DNA from: Andalucia godoyi And28
Lineage: Eukaryota > Protista > Jakobida
Direction: 5' to 3'
Assembly (NCBI GenBank): GCA_009859145.1
Contig: VRVR01000021.1
Location: forward strand, 20,001 to 268,000
Length of the DNA: 248,000 nucleotides
Part shown: positions 68,953 through 80,430 of the stretch, piece after piece
Layout: every line of letters begins with the position of its first letter
Numbering within the stretch: the first letter of the stretch is position 1
Made by a program: the position numbers and the translations under genes
The notes under the pieces: model-generated
Seen by the model: only the letters and a program-made list of their open reading frames with translations
Told to the model about the DNA's origin: nothing
Database searches by the model: none

Positions 68953-69942
68953 ATGCAAAGGCTGGTCAACAGATCCATCGTCCGAGTTCGTGGCGCAGAT
69001 CGGATGAGATTTCTGCAGTCACTGCTGACGCAGGATGTGATGCCGCTGGACTCGGAACCTTTGAAACCAGTTGCTTCATGCTTTCTTTCTGCCAAGGGCC
69101 GTGTGCTCTGCGACATGCTTTTGTTCAACTCGTCGTCCATCGCGAGTAACCTTTCTTCGCTTCCTGCGTTTTCGGCTGCCAAGCCAACTCTCGACGACGT
69201 TGGCGATGCAGTTCTCATCGACCATGATGCTGCGATTTCTGACCGTCTCGTTCGGGCGCTTTCAATGTACAGGCTGAAGTCACAGGTGCAAATTGATGTT
69301 CTTCCGTCCACGAAGTACGGTGTTTTTGCCCTGTTCGATCGAAACGACCATGCAGATAATGATGCAATGGGAAACGACCCGCGGCTGCGTCGGCTTGGTT
69401 CGAGGTACATTGCACCTACTAGCTGCGTCGCCATAGAAGCCCGAGAAAACAGCTATGATCAACACAGACTGGGACTGGGTGTTCCGGAGGGCTTTGCAGA
69501 TCTGCAGTGGGACGTGCATACTCCGCTGGAAGCAAACATGGATTTGCTCCACGCTGTTTCGTTCAACAAGGGATGCTACATCGGCCAGGAGCTTACGGCC
69601 AGGACTCATTATACGGGCGTCATCCGAAAGAGACTGTTTTCCATACAGATCGATCCACAGAGCCTCGGCTTCATTGGGAATCAAGGCCTGGAGCCAACAA
69701 CGATGGTCGGAGCGGATGTTGTGAGGATCTCGGATGACAAAAAGATAGGCTCGTTAAGGTCTTTGTACGGGCATCGGGGTATGGCGCTGCTGCGGATCGA
69801 GCCTGTTCTGACAGATCCTGTCCCTGCAGCTTTCGGCATCCGGATCCCCAGAGACAGCCGTCCAGCAATTACCATCCCTATCCACCGGGTCATTTGGCCC
69901 GACTGGATCCCCAAGCCAGACCTGTCGTCCTTGGAGTCGTAA
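68953..69942 (+). CDS. IBA57: Iba57/YgfZ folate-binding Fe-S maturation protein
   Basis: GADRMRFLQSLLTQD, KGCYIGQELTAR signature. Confidence 0.92.
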   Translation: MQRLVNRSIVRVRGADRMRFLQSLLTQDVMPLDSEPLKPVASCFLSAKGRVLCDMLLFNSSSIASNLSSLPAFSAAKPTLDDVGDAVLIDHDAAISDRLVRALSMYRLKSQVQIDVLPSTKYGVFALFDRNDHADNDAMGNDPRLRRLGSRYIAPTSCVAIEARENSYDQHRLGLGVPEGFADLQWDVHTPLEANMDLLHAVSFNKGCYIGQELTARTHYTGVIRKRLFSIQIDPQSLGFIGNQGLEPTTMVGADVVRISDDKKIGSLRSLYGHRGMALLRIEPVLTDPVPAAFGIRIPRDSRPAITIPIHRVIWPDWIPKPDLSSLES

Positions 69943-70362
69943 GCTGTACATATCTCTGCATCTCTTCATCTATTCATTTGTTTTATTTTTTCTACTTTTC
70001 CCTTCCGTCCCTATCCCGGTTCGTACTCTATCAATATATCCTCTTTTCATCACTGCTCCACCGCGTTTCCCTTCCCAGTCCTAAAAAGGTCAGTTACGCA
70101 CTGGAAGAATTCCTGTCGTCCCTACTGCTGCAGCATGCACCATCCAACGTCTAATCTACAGCAGGAAACTGCGGAGTCGGGGGGAGTGTTTCGGAATTCC
70201 TTCGTTTCGCCTGTGTTCGTTCTTCGTCCGACACGTTTTCCTTTCGTTTCCTCTTTCCTTTCTTCTTTTTCTTGGTGTGTTTTACTTTCCTTTGTGCTTT
70301 GTTCCCCTTCACCTTTTTGCTTCTCCTCTCCTCCTGCTTCTTCTTCTTCTTTTCTCTCTCTT

Positions 70363-70403
<41 letters not shown>

Positions 70404-70514
70404 CTCTCCGTTATCTTCTGTTTTGCATCTGTTTTTGTTTTTCGTGTGTGTGAATAAGGGGGGGTTTTCCGGTGGGTTTCCGACTTCAGACAGAGGACTT
70501 TTTACGTGCATTGA

Positions 70515-73067
70515 ATGAAGTCGAAGACCATTTTGTGGATAGGAATATCCGTGTTTACGCTTTGTGTGGCCATTTCGTGCATTGCGATTGGACTGAACAT
70601 CTACATTCGGAACCTCGTTCGCGATGGTCTGATTGACTACGCGCGCATTTCTACGGATACTAATTCCGATTCATACAAGATGTGGGTCAAGAACTATCCG
70701 GACGAGAATGATTGCGTAAAGCACACGTGTCAGTACGTGTACTACAAGTTTTGGAACCTTACGAACGCCGTGGATGTGCAGCTCAATGGGGCGAAGCCAA
70801 GATACGACCTTGTCGGGCCGTACACATACCAAGACGTTGAAGATCGGCTTGTCGTGGAACCCGGATTTGAGAACGATCGAGTTACATTTTTGCCTCGACA
70901 GCGCTACACGTGGATTCCAGAAATGAGCAAGGCTGGTGCCACGACGGACGACATCATCATCAATCTGAATCCGACGTATCTTGGTGCGATGTACCAGTTT
71001 GGAGGAAACGAGAATGCACTGTTCACAACCGCTGCCGGGCCGCTGCTGGATCAGCTTGTGGAGATTTTGGGTCCTGTAATCGGTTTCATTGGGTATGTCT
71101 TTCCTCGTCAGCAGACGTTTTCACCAATGTATGATCCCTCCGTGTTTGCCCCGTTTGGTGGATTCTCCAGTAGCCAGGTGGCCAGCGTTTTGGTTTCCAA
71201 GGATCCCACTGCAGAATGCGACAAGCAATTCCCGATTGCGGTGAATGCCACGAACTGCAAGGTGCAGCTTGCTCCTCTGAGCTTCAATCTTGGGCTTGAC
71301 CTGTCGAACGGAACGCAGCAAGCTGTCGCGGTTGTGACGAAGCTGGTGGATCCCAGTTCTCCAGTTTCCATTGCAAGCAGCGACTTTGGTGGATCTCAGG
71401 TGTTTACACTTTCCTGCTACATTGCTCCACTGTTATCGACAGCAACTTCCCTGTCCAGGAGCCCGGCATCCGCCAATTGGAAAGCTTTGGTATCCTCTCT
71501 CAATGCCGACGTTTCTGGAGTCAAGATTGACCTGCAGGAGGATGATCCTTCCGATCCTCTGGCTGGACTAATAGATGCTTTTGGCACTGCGATTGCAGAG
71601 GAACTTTGCAACTGGGTAGTGGGATTTGATATCGTGAACCAGATCGAACAGTTGGCCGTGAGCATGTTTGCGAATGCTGATCCAGGCGTGAAAAACATAT
71701 CCGACCTGGTCTACCTTGAGTGGGCACAGGGCTCCGTGACGTTTGGCTCCGACCTGTTGGCTCCCCTTACGAACAATACTGCATATTTGTCTTTGGCAAA
71801 TTGGTACAATTCGTTCAACGGAACCCTTCCAGACGCAGCAACCTTGACGGTTGATCAGACTAAAGTCTTGTTTGGCCCCGCCGTCCTGGGATCGACCGAG
71901 AACTATCTGCAGTTTCTCGGTATGTGCCAAGAAGATGAAGGCGCCGTTCCCGCTACGTATGGACTTCCATCTGCATTCTGTGGCCCGTTTCTCGGATACA
72001 TCCAGGACAATTTGAATGATGGTGCGCTTCCTCTTCTTATTGCCTCTCCGTCGCTGCAGTTTTTGACATCGTCACCTGCGCCGTCGTCTAATGGAGACGA
72101 TAGTTCGCAAGCGGTTGGCCAGATTGGCCTGTTTGTCGGTCGAACCGTCGATCAGTGGCTGTTCAACTGCACAGATCCCCTTCTGGGCGCGCCGTGCTTC
72201 ATCCAAGGACAGGACACGAATGGATTTGAGAATGCATACTCTCGCATGAAGACGGGGTATGATACGGAGGACGGCTCCTCTTCTTGGATTTATGAAGAGT
72301 GGAACAATGTCACTTCGCTCACCGGTTTATGGGCCGAGCCGGAACCTGTGTTCGGAACCGATGCAACCCGCTTCCGACCGCTTTTATTGGATGTCTACGA
72401 CGAGAAGACGCGCGTGGACGGGTGGCGATTCCTTCCGATGTTTGTCAGTTCGGTCTATCGCTCTCTCACTATGCAATATGAAAATGATATTGACTTCAAA
72501 GGCATCACACTCTGGAGATATCGTTTGGAAAGCCATGCACTCAGAAGGAATTCTCGGTACTACCAACAGGTGGACGGCATGGGCAACTTGACCATTCCGA
72601 ACTCTGCGCCGATTTTCGTTTCCAAGTTCAACTTTTTCGACGTTGACCCGTGGGTCCGTGAGGCAATCGATGTTGTGCACACTCCGACCGGAAAGATTAT
72701 TCTGGACGAGGATTTGGATGACACCATTTTAGACATTGAACCGTACACGGGAATCTGTCTTTCTGGCTTCCGGCGCTTGCAGTTGAACTTCCAAATTCCA
72801 GAGTACTACACTTTCAATGATGCGAAGGGCATGAAGCGCTCTGCAGTGCGACGCATCTTCTATCCCGTTCTCCAGATTGACGATGGCGGCACTGCGACGG
72901 ATGCAGACACGAACGTGATCAAAGACACGGTGTACACTCCTTTGCTAATCGCCACAATTCTCTTCTGGGGTGGGATTGGAGTCGGCATTTTTGGATTCAT
73001 TGCTGGCTTCTTCATCTGCCTGGCTTCTCGCAGAAAATCAATCAAGGAAACCTACACCAAGATGTAG
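70515..73067 (+). CDS. CD36/LIMP-2 family lysosomal membrane protein, paralog 1
   Basis: N- and C-terminal TM helices, YYKFWNLTN..VGPYTY, DIEPYTG. Confidence 0.85.
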   Translation: MKSKTILWIGISVFTLCVAISCIAIGLNIYIRNLVRDGLIDYARISTDTNSDSYKMWVKNYPDENDCVKHTCQYVYYKFWNLTNAVDVQLNGAKPRYDLVGPYTYQDVEDRLVVEPGFENDRVTFLPRQRYTWIPEMSKAGATTDDIIINLNPTYLGAMYQFGGNENALFTTAAGPLLDQLVEILGPVIGFIGYVFPRQQTFSPMYDPSVFAPFGGFSSSQVASVLVSKDPTAECDKQFPIAVNATNCKVQLAPLSFNLGLDLSNGTQQAVAVVTKLVDPSSPVSIASSDFGGSQVFTLSCYIAPLLSTATSLSRSPASANWKALVSSLNADVSGVKIDLQEDDPSDPLAGLIDAFGTAIAEELCNWVVGFDIVNQIEQLAVSMFANADPGVKNISDLVYLEWAQGSVTFGSDLLAPLTNNTAYLSLANWYNSFNGTLPDAATLTVDQTKVLFGPAVLGSTENYLQFLGMCQEDEGAVPATYGLPSAFCGPFLGYIQDNLNDGALPLLIASPSLQFLTSSPAPSSNGDDSSQAVGQIGLFVGRTVDQWLFNCTDPLLGAPCFIQGQDTNGFENAYSRMKTGYDTEDGSSSWIYEEWNNVTSLTGLWAEPEPVFGTDATRFRPLLLDVYDEKTRVDGWRFLPMFVSSVYRSLTMQYENDIDFKGITLWRYRLESHALRRNSRYYQQVDGMGNLTIPNSAPIFVSKFNFFDVDPWVREAIDVVHTPTGKIILDEDLDDTILDIEPYTGICLSGFRRLQLNFQIPEYYTFNDAKGMKRSAVRRIFYPVLQIDDGGTATDADTNVIKDTVYTPLLIATILFWGGIGVGIFGFIAGFFICLASRRKSIKETYTKM

Positions 73068-73430
73068 TCGTTTTCGTTTCGCGGCCTGTTGTTCTTTGCT
73101 CGTTGCTGTTGCTAGATCGTTATTCCCTCCACTCCCTTTTTCCGCACCATTTCGGGCATTCCCAGCAGTTGTAATGAAACAAACATAAATAAAATGGCTC
73201 AATTGATCGAAAATATCAGATGATGCTGGTCATCAACGGGTTTGTTGGGAAGTTCCCTCTTTGGAGCCATGAGATGTGTTTTGTCTCTGACGAGGAGGTG
73301 CTGCTTGAGAGTTCGATTATTGAAAACACAAACAAGCAGAAAATAGTAGAAAGAAAGACAAAAGACAGTGACAAATGAAGAAAATACTAGACTTGACTAC
73401 GGTAGGAAGGCAGCATTGTTTGATGTTTAA

Positions 73431-73540
73431 CGCCTACATTGTGCACTAATCCACGGATAATCATCGCTGATCACCCATAATCAATGCTGCAACCCAACAA
73501 CATGCACAGCATGATTGGGAAGGGGGTAGGACCCAACACG
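73431..73540 (-). ncRNA. Candidate Fanzor omegaRNA scaffold
   Basis: TGTTGGG/CCCAATCA stem with CCTAC loop complementary to terminal GTAGG, plus a long G-U-containing hairpin. Confidence 0.65.
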
Positions 73541-73571
73541 CCCCCTCGGCATGAGAGACGTTCCTAAGACA

Positions 73572-73715
73572 GATGTAGATGTTGCGCGCGCCGTTCCAGT
73601 CGCGGTCGATCGTGCATATGCACGATGGGCAACAAAACACACCTTATTTCCATACTAGCTTGCGATGGATTTCCCCGCAGCGGTCGCACGCTTTAGACGC
73701 ATACTCCTCCGTCAC
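73572..73715 (-). pseudogene. TnpB/Fanzor2 C-terminal fragment (zinc finger + RuvC-III)
   Basis: Single frame: VTEEYASKACDRCGEIHRKLVWK*GVFCCPSCICTIDRDWNGARNIYI. Confidence 0.92.
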
Positions 73716-74446
73716 AAGTCACAATCGACACCTGCCGCGCCGTTGTCGCCTTGGCGATCTTTCCGGCGGCGGCCCAGCGCCGGATGGTGGCGGTGGAGAT
73801 TGTCACAGGTCCTGCGCAGCGTTGCGGGCGTGACGGACATGGTGCGTTGCATGGACAATAACAACAACACAAAAAAAAAAAAAAAATAAGAAATGAGCGT
73901 CGCTGTGCGAGAATGCAACGCGACGGCGTATGTATAGGGATTCCATGATCAAAATGGGAGGCGAAACGAATCGGGCATTGTGTGGCAGAGTTGCTTAAAG
74001 ATAACAGACGCATGCGCATGGCGCGTGGCAGTGGTTTTGTTTACGTGCGCTGTAGATTGCTTCATCATATCGCAACAAAGTGGCAACGGTAATCCTCAAA
74101 GCTGTCAGCCGTTCTCGCGACTCTGACAAAAAGTCAAGCACTCAAAATAGTGTTTCGCGTTGTCCGCAAGCCTCGACTTTTGGGCTTTTAACTTTACCCT
74201 TTCGATCCTTTCCGTTTCGTACGATCTAAAGCGCTTTTCATTTTATTCAGTTGATTTCCTTTTTATCTATTTTTTAATATTGGTTTTTAAAATTTTTTTA
74301 GAATTTTTGTTTATTTTATTTAAATTAAATTAAGTGATTAAATAAGGAGTTTGGTGCTCGTTGTTTTTTGTTATTTTTTATTTGGGTTTTTTTGTTTTTG
74401 TTGGAGTGGCTTTGGTTTTGGTTTTGGTTTTGGTTTTGGGAGGAGG

Positions 74447-77029
74447 ATGAAGGCGCGGACGCTACTTTGGATTGGGATTGCGGTGTTTTCTCTGACTGTG
74501 ATAATTGCGTGCATATCGATAGGTCTTAACTTTTACATCCGAAACCTTCTTCGAGACGGACTTGTGGACTTGGCACAGATATCCTCGGACCAGAATTCGA
74601 GATCGTACAAGCAGTGGAAAAAGAACTATCCGGACAATGAAAATTGTCAGCAGCACTCGTGTTACTATACAACGTACCGGTTCTGGAACTTGACGAATGC
74701 AGTTGATGTGCAGCTGAATGGGGCGAAGCCAAAGTATGATCTGGTTGGGCCGTATGTGTACTGGGATCAGCGCGACAGACGGCCTGCAGATACTGGATTC
74801 CTGAATAACAGACTTTCGTTTGAAGAGAAGCACAGGTTTACGTTTGTGGCGGAAAAGAGCGCTGCGGGTGCGACGATCCAGGACAGGATCATCAACGTCA
74901 ATCCAGTGTATATGGGTGCCATTCTTGCGGCAGGAGGCGACGAGAATGCGCTGTTCACGTACGCAGGAGGACAGATCATGCAGCAAGTTGTCCAGCTTCT
75001 AGGACCCGCTTTTGGGTATCTGGGATATGTCATTCCGCGACAGCAGACGTTTGCTGCGGCGTACGACCCATCCGTGTTTGCACCTTTGGGAGGGTTTGCA
75101 TCTCCCCAGATCGCCTCTGTGCTGGTGTCCACGGATGCCGCTGCGGAGTGCGACAAGCAGTTTCCGGTGCCGGCTAATGCAACCCACTGCAAAACGTACG
75201 TTGCGTCGCTGAGCTTTGGCCTTGGAATTGACACATCCACTCAACAGGGCTTGCAGACGGCGATTAAAACAGTGTCCATGCTTGTGAATCCAATGTCGCC
75301 CATTTCCATTGCGAATCAGAACTTTGACGGTTCAAAGGCGTTCTCTGTTTCCTGCTATCTTATTCCGATGCTGTCTGGCTCTCTGGGAGCCCATCAGATG
75401 GATACAAGCGGTCTGGATTGGAAGTCGCTGCTGACCTCGTTGAAGATCAAGATTGATTTGAACTCTGCAGAGTTTGGATACGGAGCACGCAGTGTCGGAG
75501 GCATTGCAGACATGGATGTTTTGGCACAGTTGTTTGGCGCGGAGTTGTCCAAAAAGCTGTGTGCATGGGCCGTCCACGATGATGCAACAGAACACTTGGA
75601 CGAATTGACTGTGCAGCTGTTTAGCAACGTCGATCCGGGCGTCCAGAGCGTTTCGGACTTGATTTATCTCGAATGGGCGCGAGGATTGGTGACCTTTGGG
75701 AACGATGTTTTGCCGCTGCTGACCAATGGAACCGCGTATCTGTCATTCTACAACTGGGTAACGGCTGTGAATGGGACTGTCCCGGACGATGCCACGCTGA
75801 CCGTTGCGCAAACCAAGATTCTGTTTTCGCCGGCAATCATGTTCACGACAGCCAACTACCTGCGCTATCTTGGAATGTGCCAGGTGAACCCGGCCGCTGC
75901 TGAGCAATTCTTCCATCTTCCGGCAGGATTCTGCGGCCCGTTCTTGGCGTACGTACAAGTTAATTTGAACCATGGAGCGATCCCGTATCTGTTGGCATCC
76001 CCTGCACTGAGTTTGCTGACTGGTGCTGTCGGAGCTGGTCCTAGAACTGTTCGGGACGACCCTGGGCAACCTGCTTCGTCTATCGGAATGTTTGTTGCAC
76101 GTACCGTGGACCAGTGGCTTTGGAACTGCACGGACCCGCTCTTGAAGGTGCCGTGCAATCTACAAGATGGAGATCCAGATGGCTACGTTGCTTCGTATTC
76201 TCGCATGCTCACAGGCAATGATCAAGACGATGCGTCGAGTGCATGGATGTTTGATTCTTGGGCTAACTCGACTTTCATCACCGGAGCGTGGGAAGAACCT
76301 GAAATTGTACACGGAACGGACGCTTCCCGCTTCCGCCCGCTGCTGCTGGACGTTTATGACGAGAAGACCAAGCCGTCAAACTGGCGTGAATTGCCAATCT
76401 TCGTTCCCGAGATTTATCGATCTCTTCACGTGGATTTTGAAGACGATATCGACTACAAGGGTCTGACTCTGTGGCGGTACCGTCTTGAAATGGCTGCGCT
76501 CGCAACCAGCAGCCGTTACTATCAAGGTGTTCGTGGTATTGGCAATCTTACCCGCATTCGTGCTGCCCCGATATTCGTGTCAAAGTTTAACTTTTTCGAT
76601 GCCGAGGACTGGGTGCGAGATGCAATCGAAGTGCTTCATACGCCAACGGGTCGAATCATTCTTGAAGAGGATTTGGATGACACTGTTCTTGACATCGAGC
76701 CGTATTCTGGCTTGGTTCTCCGCGGTTACAAGCGTCTGCAAATCAACGTTCAGATTCCTCCGAATTACATCATCAACGACGCGAAGAACATGCACCGTTC
76801 TGCCGTTCAGCGTGTCTTTTATCCCATTCTTCAGGTCGAGAATGGCGGTGCTGCAACAGACGACGATATTGCCTACATCCAAAGGAACATCTACACCCCG
76901 TTGCTCATTGCAACAATCCTGTTTTGGGGGGGAATCTCGGTAGGAATTGCAGGAACTCTCGCAGCGCTTGCAATCTGCGTTTTTTCGAGAAGAAAAGCCA
77001 AGAAGGAAGCTTACGCCCAACTCTCCTAA
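74447..77029 (+). CDS. CD36/LIMP-2 family protein, paralog 2
   Basis: Collinear with paralog 1 along its full length. Confidence 0.85.
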   Translation: MKARTLLWIGIAVFSLTVIIACISIGLNFYIRNLLRDGLVDLAQISSDQNSRSYKQWKKNYPDNENCQQHSCYYTTYRFWNLTNAVDVQLNGAKPKYDLVGPYVYWDQRDRRPADTGFLNNRLSFEEKHRFTFVAEKSAAGATIQDRIINVNPVYMGAILAAGGDENALFTYAGGQIMQQVVQLLGPAFGYLGYVIPRQQTFAAAYDPSVFAPLGGFASPQIASVLVSTDAAAECDKQFPVPANATHCKTYVASLSFGLGIDTSTQQGLQTAIKTVSMLVNPMSPISIANQNFDGSKAFSVSCYLIPMLSGSLGAHQMDTSGLDWKSLLTSLKIKIDLNSAEFGYGARSVGGIADMDVLAQLFGAELSKKLCAWAVHDDATEHLDELTVQLFSNVDPGVQSVSDLIYLEWARGLVTFGNDVLPLLTNGTAYLSFYNWVTAVNGTVPDDATLTVAQTKILFSPAIMFTTANYLRYLGMCQVNPAAAEQFFHLPAGFCGPFLAYVQVNLNHGAIPYLLASPALSLLTGAVGAGPRTVRDDPGQPASSIGMFVARTVDQWLWNCTDPLLKVPCNLQDGDPDGYVASYSRMLTGNDQDDASSAWMFDSWANSTFITGAWEEPEIVHGTDASRFRPLLLDVYDEKTKPSNWRELPIFVPEIYRSLHVDFEDDIDYKGLTLWRYRLEMAALATSSRYYQGVRGIGNLTRIRAAPIFVSKFNFFDAEDWVRDAIEVLHTPTGRIILEEDLDDTVLDIEPYSGLVLRGYKRLQINVQIPPNYIINDAKNMHRSAVQRVFYPILQVENGGAATDDDIAYIQRNIYTPLLIATILFWGGISVGIAGTLAALAICVFSRRKAKKEAYAQLS

Positions 77030-77491
77030 AGTTCTCCGGTTGGCGGTCTTTATATCTGCCTTTGCTCTTTTTTTTTTTCTCACTCTCCCCCTTTTACTCC
77101 TTCCTTCCTTGTTGCGGAGAACGGTTTGTGCTGTATGATGTGTCCTTCTATGTGGTTCTTGTTTTTACTGTCATCGTCGCCGTCGTTTTCTTTTGTTTTT
77201 TGGCTGTTTTTTTGCTGTTTTTTTTATTATGTAGCACCTTCCCTTTTCGTTTCTTTATCGCAAAAGACATTCCTCTATGCTGAATGACGTATTTATCTTT
77301 TCTATTTGGGATCGAAATTGGGAGAGGGGGGGTTGCAGCACACTCCATGCTGTTTTTGATTTTCTTCTGCATTACGTGTATTACTATTGTATGATTTTGG
77401 GGAGGGTTTTTATTTTATTTTACATCTTGTAAACCTCTGGTAGTGTAGTGTCTCTCTATTATTTTGCTGTCTGCGGTTTGCTTCCGGTGCT

Positions 77492-79223
77492 TTACTCGTC
77501 GTCTCGGAGTGAGAGCTTCTGCTCCATTTGTACAAGTTGTCGGTGCGAAAGAACGAGTGTTTCCGCAAGCTTCTGCTCCAGCACGGTGATTTGTCGATCT
77601 CGATCCGCCACCGTGTGTTGCAGATCCGCAAGAATGCCTTCGAGCCGTTCTCGGTACTTGAGCACGGAGACCGTGACCTTGTCCATTTCCTGGGATCGCT
77701 TCGCCAGCGACTCTTCCCATTCCACAAGCCTCGTTTCTTCTGTGATGCTGCGTCTGTCGCCTGCCATTTTCTGTCCCTGCTCGGTTTTCACGCCGCGAGC
77801 CTCTGCTGCTGCTTCTCTCGATGCAAACGACTCTATCGCATCAGAATCGGCACGCGCAACATGATCTGCAAGAAACCGCTGGTCCATCGAGCACACCGAC
77901 TCCAGTGCCGCAAGTCTCTTTCGCAGTACATCATTTTCATACCGCAGCATCTCGGCTTGACGCCCTGGCTTTCCACCCGTGCCTGTTCTTGACGACCCCG
78001 ACGATAGCATCGATACACTTAACGGACCCGAGGCTGCCATTCTCGCAGGCGTCGTCGGTCTCGTCGCCTTCTTTTCCTTTTGCGTTTCCTTTTCTTTCTG
78101 CTTATGTCGCTGCGGACTCGTGGCTTTTTGGGTTCTTGCAGAACCGTCAGCGATCTTTTCCTGCTGCCTGATCTTCTCCTGTTCTTGTTTGAGCTCCCGA
78201 GCAGCCACAACCGCTGCAAGCGCATCGTGCTTTCGCTTCCATGACTCGCCTACCCGAATCGCCTCGTCCAGCTTGACGGAATCCACGTCGATTCTGCCCG
78301 TTTCTGTTTGCAGTCCTATTTCCTCCGTCACCTTTTCATTTTCTTCTCTTTCCAATTTCGCTTCTTGCGTCATCGGTCGTGGCTGCTGTTGCGGTGGCTG
78401 ACTCGCGGCCACTGAGGCTGTGTGCCAGAACCCCGCCCACTCTGGCTCTTCATTAAAGTCCCAAATGACAAGAATACTGTCCATCGCCGCCAACTGTGTG
78501 GCATCCATCTGCAACACTCGAGTGACCTCTGTCGTGATCTTGCCAATCCGCAGTCCATTCCACCCCAAGTCCACAATGACCATCGTCTGTCCTACTGATG
78601 CTGATGGAGTTGATCTTTCGCCACAGTAGCGCAGGAGTCGAATGAGCAGCTGCGCAATCGCGGTCTCGCAATCTCGCCCCAATCCACAGTTTCGCAGACC
78701 TATTCGATGCATCGACCCGACCGCAAGAGACGTCACGAGCGTTGCAAGCACATTGCGGGGCAACACAACATTCGACAAGTCAATTCCTGTCACCAACGCT
78801 CCTCGTCGCTGCTCTTCTTCGCTTGTCATTGTATCTTCTGGTTTTCCGCTTTGATCATGAGGATTGAAGGAGCTGCCAATCGTTTCGAGAAACATGCAAA
78901 TCGCACGCTCGTCCCAGCCTCCGTCTGCCCGCTGCTCGCTCAAATCCAGCATCAGTCCCTGCTTCTCACTCTTTCTCGCTGCATCGCTCTCGTCTCTTCG
79001 CTGCGCTGCACGGCTCTTCGCCCCGATGGACCACACTGGATGGACAAGCGCGCGTGAACCGGAAATGCGATTCCTGGAGATATCCAGCACTTCCAGCTCG
79101 TAAATCGGTGCAAGCACTCCACTCTGCTCCTTGATGTGGCTCAGGTGCGGCTGCTGCCGCTGCTGCTGGAACTGGAGTCTGGTCGGCAGCAAGTGAGATG
79201 GACCTGACGACGATGACGCTGAC

Positions 79224-79256
<33 letters not shown>

Positions 79257-79960
79257 AAACTGGGCGATGAGAGCGGACGCGAGAGCGCATCGAGAAGGAT
79301 GCAGAGGTTTGCATCGTCGAGGTTCGTGTGTGCAAGACACAGCTCCTTTGGACTTCCTGACGCTGCGGACCCTACTGAACTCGCAGACGATAAATACACT
79401 CCAAGCAACGCGCAGTGATCGTCCGTAAGTTGCTGGTGGCTTAGATCCAAACGCCGCAATGGAGCGCGCAACCCACTTGTAAACAAGTACGAAGACATTG
79501 CACTTCGCCCCACCACTCCCATTGCCACCACTCCCATTGCCACCACTCCTGCCGGCTGCGACTCTAGCAGCTCTGGAGCCGAACTCGCCGACGTCGAATC
79601 CGCTGTTGATGCAGTTGGATTCAGAATCGCAGTCCGAGGTGCAGGCGCCATGTGGAGTGAATCGGCCCACTGAACATGTCTCTTTGGCAGTACACTCACC
79701 ATCGCGGTCGATGTTGCGGTCGACGTTGCGGTCGAAGAGATTGAGATTGGGCGATTGGAGTGGGAATGTTCTGCGAGTTCTTCGCCGGCAGCAACCCGAG
79801 GCGATGGCTGTGCGGTCATGTAAGACGGAAACGAGTGTGAATGATACGGCGATGATGGCAACTGTTGCTGCTGCTGCTGCTGATGATGATGGGTAGGAGA
79901 CGGATAGGGAAACAAAGCCTTGTGCTTTTGCGCTAATCTCTGCGCTAAAGGGTTACTCAT
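77492..79960 (-). CDS. LRR plus coiled-coil protein
   Basis: LRRLDLSHQQL, LEVLDISRNRI, C-terminal coiled coil. Confidence 0.5.
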
Positions 79961-79977
79961 TCTTCAATTCCAAGAGG

Positions 79978-80058
<81 letters not shown>
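79978..80058. repeat. (CT)n(GT)n microsatellite
   Basis: Direct reading. Confidence 0.9.
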
Positions 80059-80059
<1 letters not shown>

Positions 80060-80430
80060 TTGTGCACCTGTCGTTTTTTCTTCGATCCTCATATGCACAT
80101 AAAGTGACTGTTACGTTCCGTCATCGGAGAAAAAACCAGAACGAATAGGAAAAAAAGACCCGACCGATGGATGCCCTTGCCCTGCCGTGATGCTATAATC
80201 AAGTCTCAAGCCTCAACCGCACGACTCCAAACCAAACGTTCGTTTCGGTCCGTTTTTCAGGGTTTTTTCACAGAAATAAAAATCTGCATTCTTTTGTAGT
80301 TAATATTTTCAATTCCAAATCGTCTCTTTGCTCAGTTGGTTTGGAGTTTGGGGGTTTGATTGTTTGTTAAAAATCATCAAGGAGCAAACGGATGACTACA
80401 CGATTACTATCAACAGGCCATCAATCCTCG

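Larger units (their letters stand above)
73431..74089 (-). mobile_element. Fanzor2/IS607-like element, family Fz-D copy 3 (retains coding remnant)
   Basis: Left CCGTTGCCAC.., right ..CAATGTAGGCG, internal TnpB zinc finger/RuvC-III remnant. Confidence 0.88.
73215..74111 (+). mobile_element. MITE-like family C copy 2, interrupted by Fz-D copy 3
   Basis: CTAGACTTGACTACGGTA motif at about 73387; right end AAAGCTGTCAGCCG resumes after the inserted element. Confidence 0.65.
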
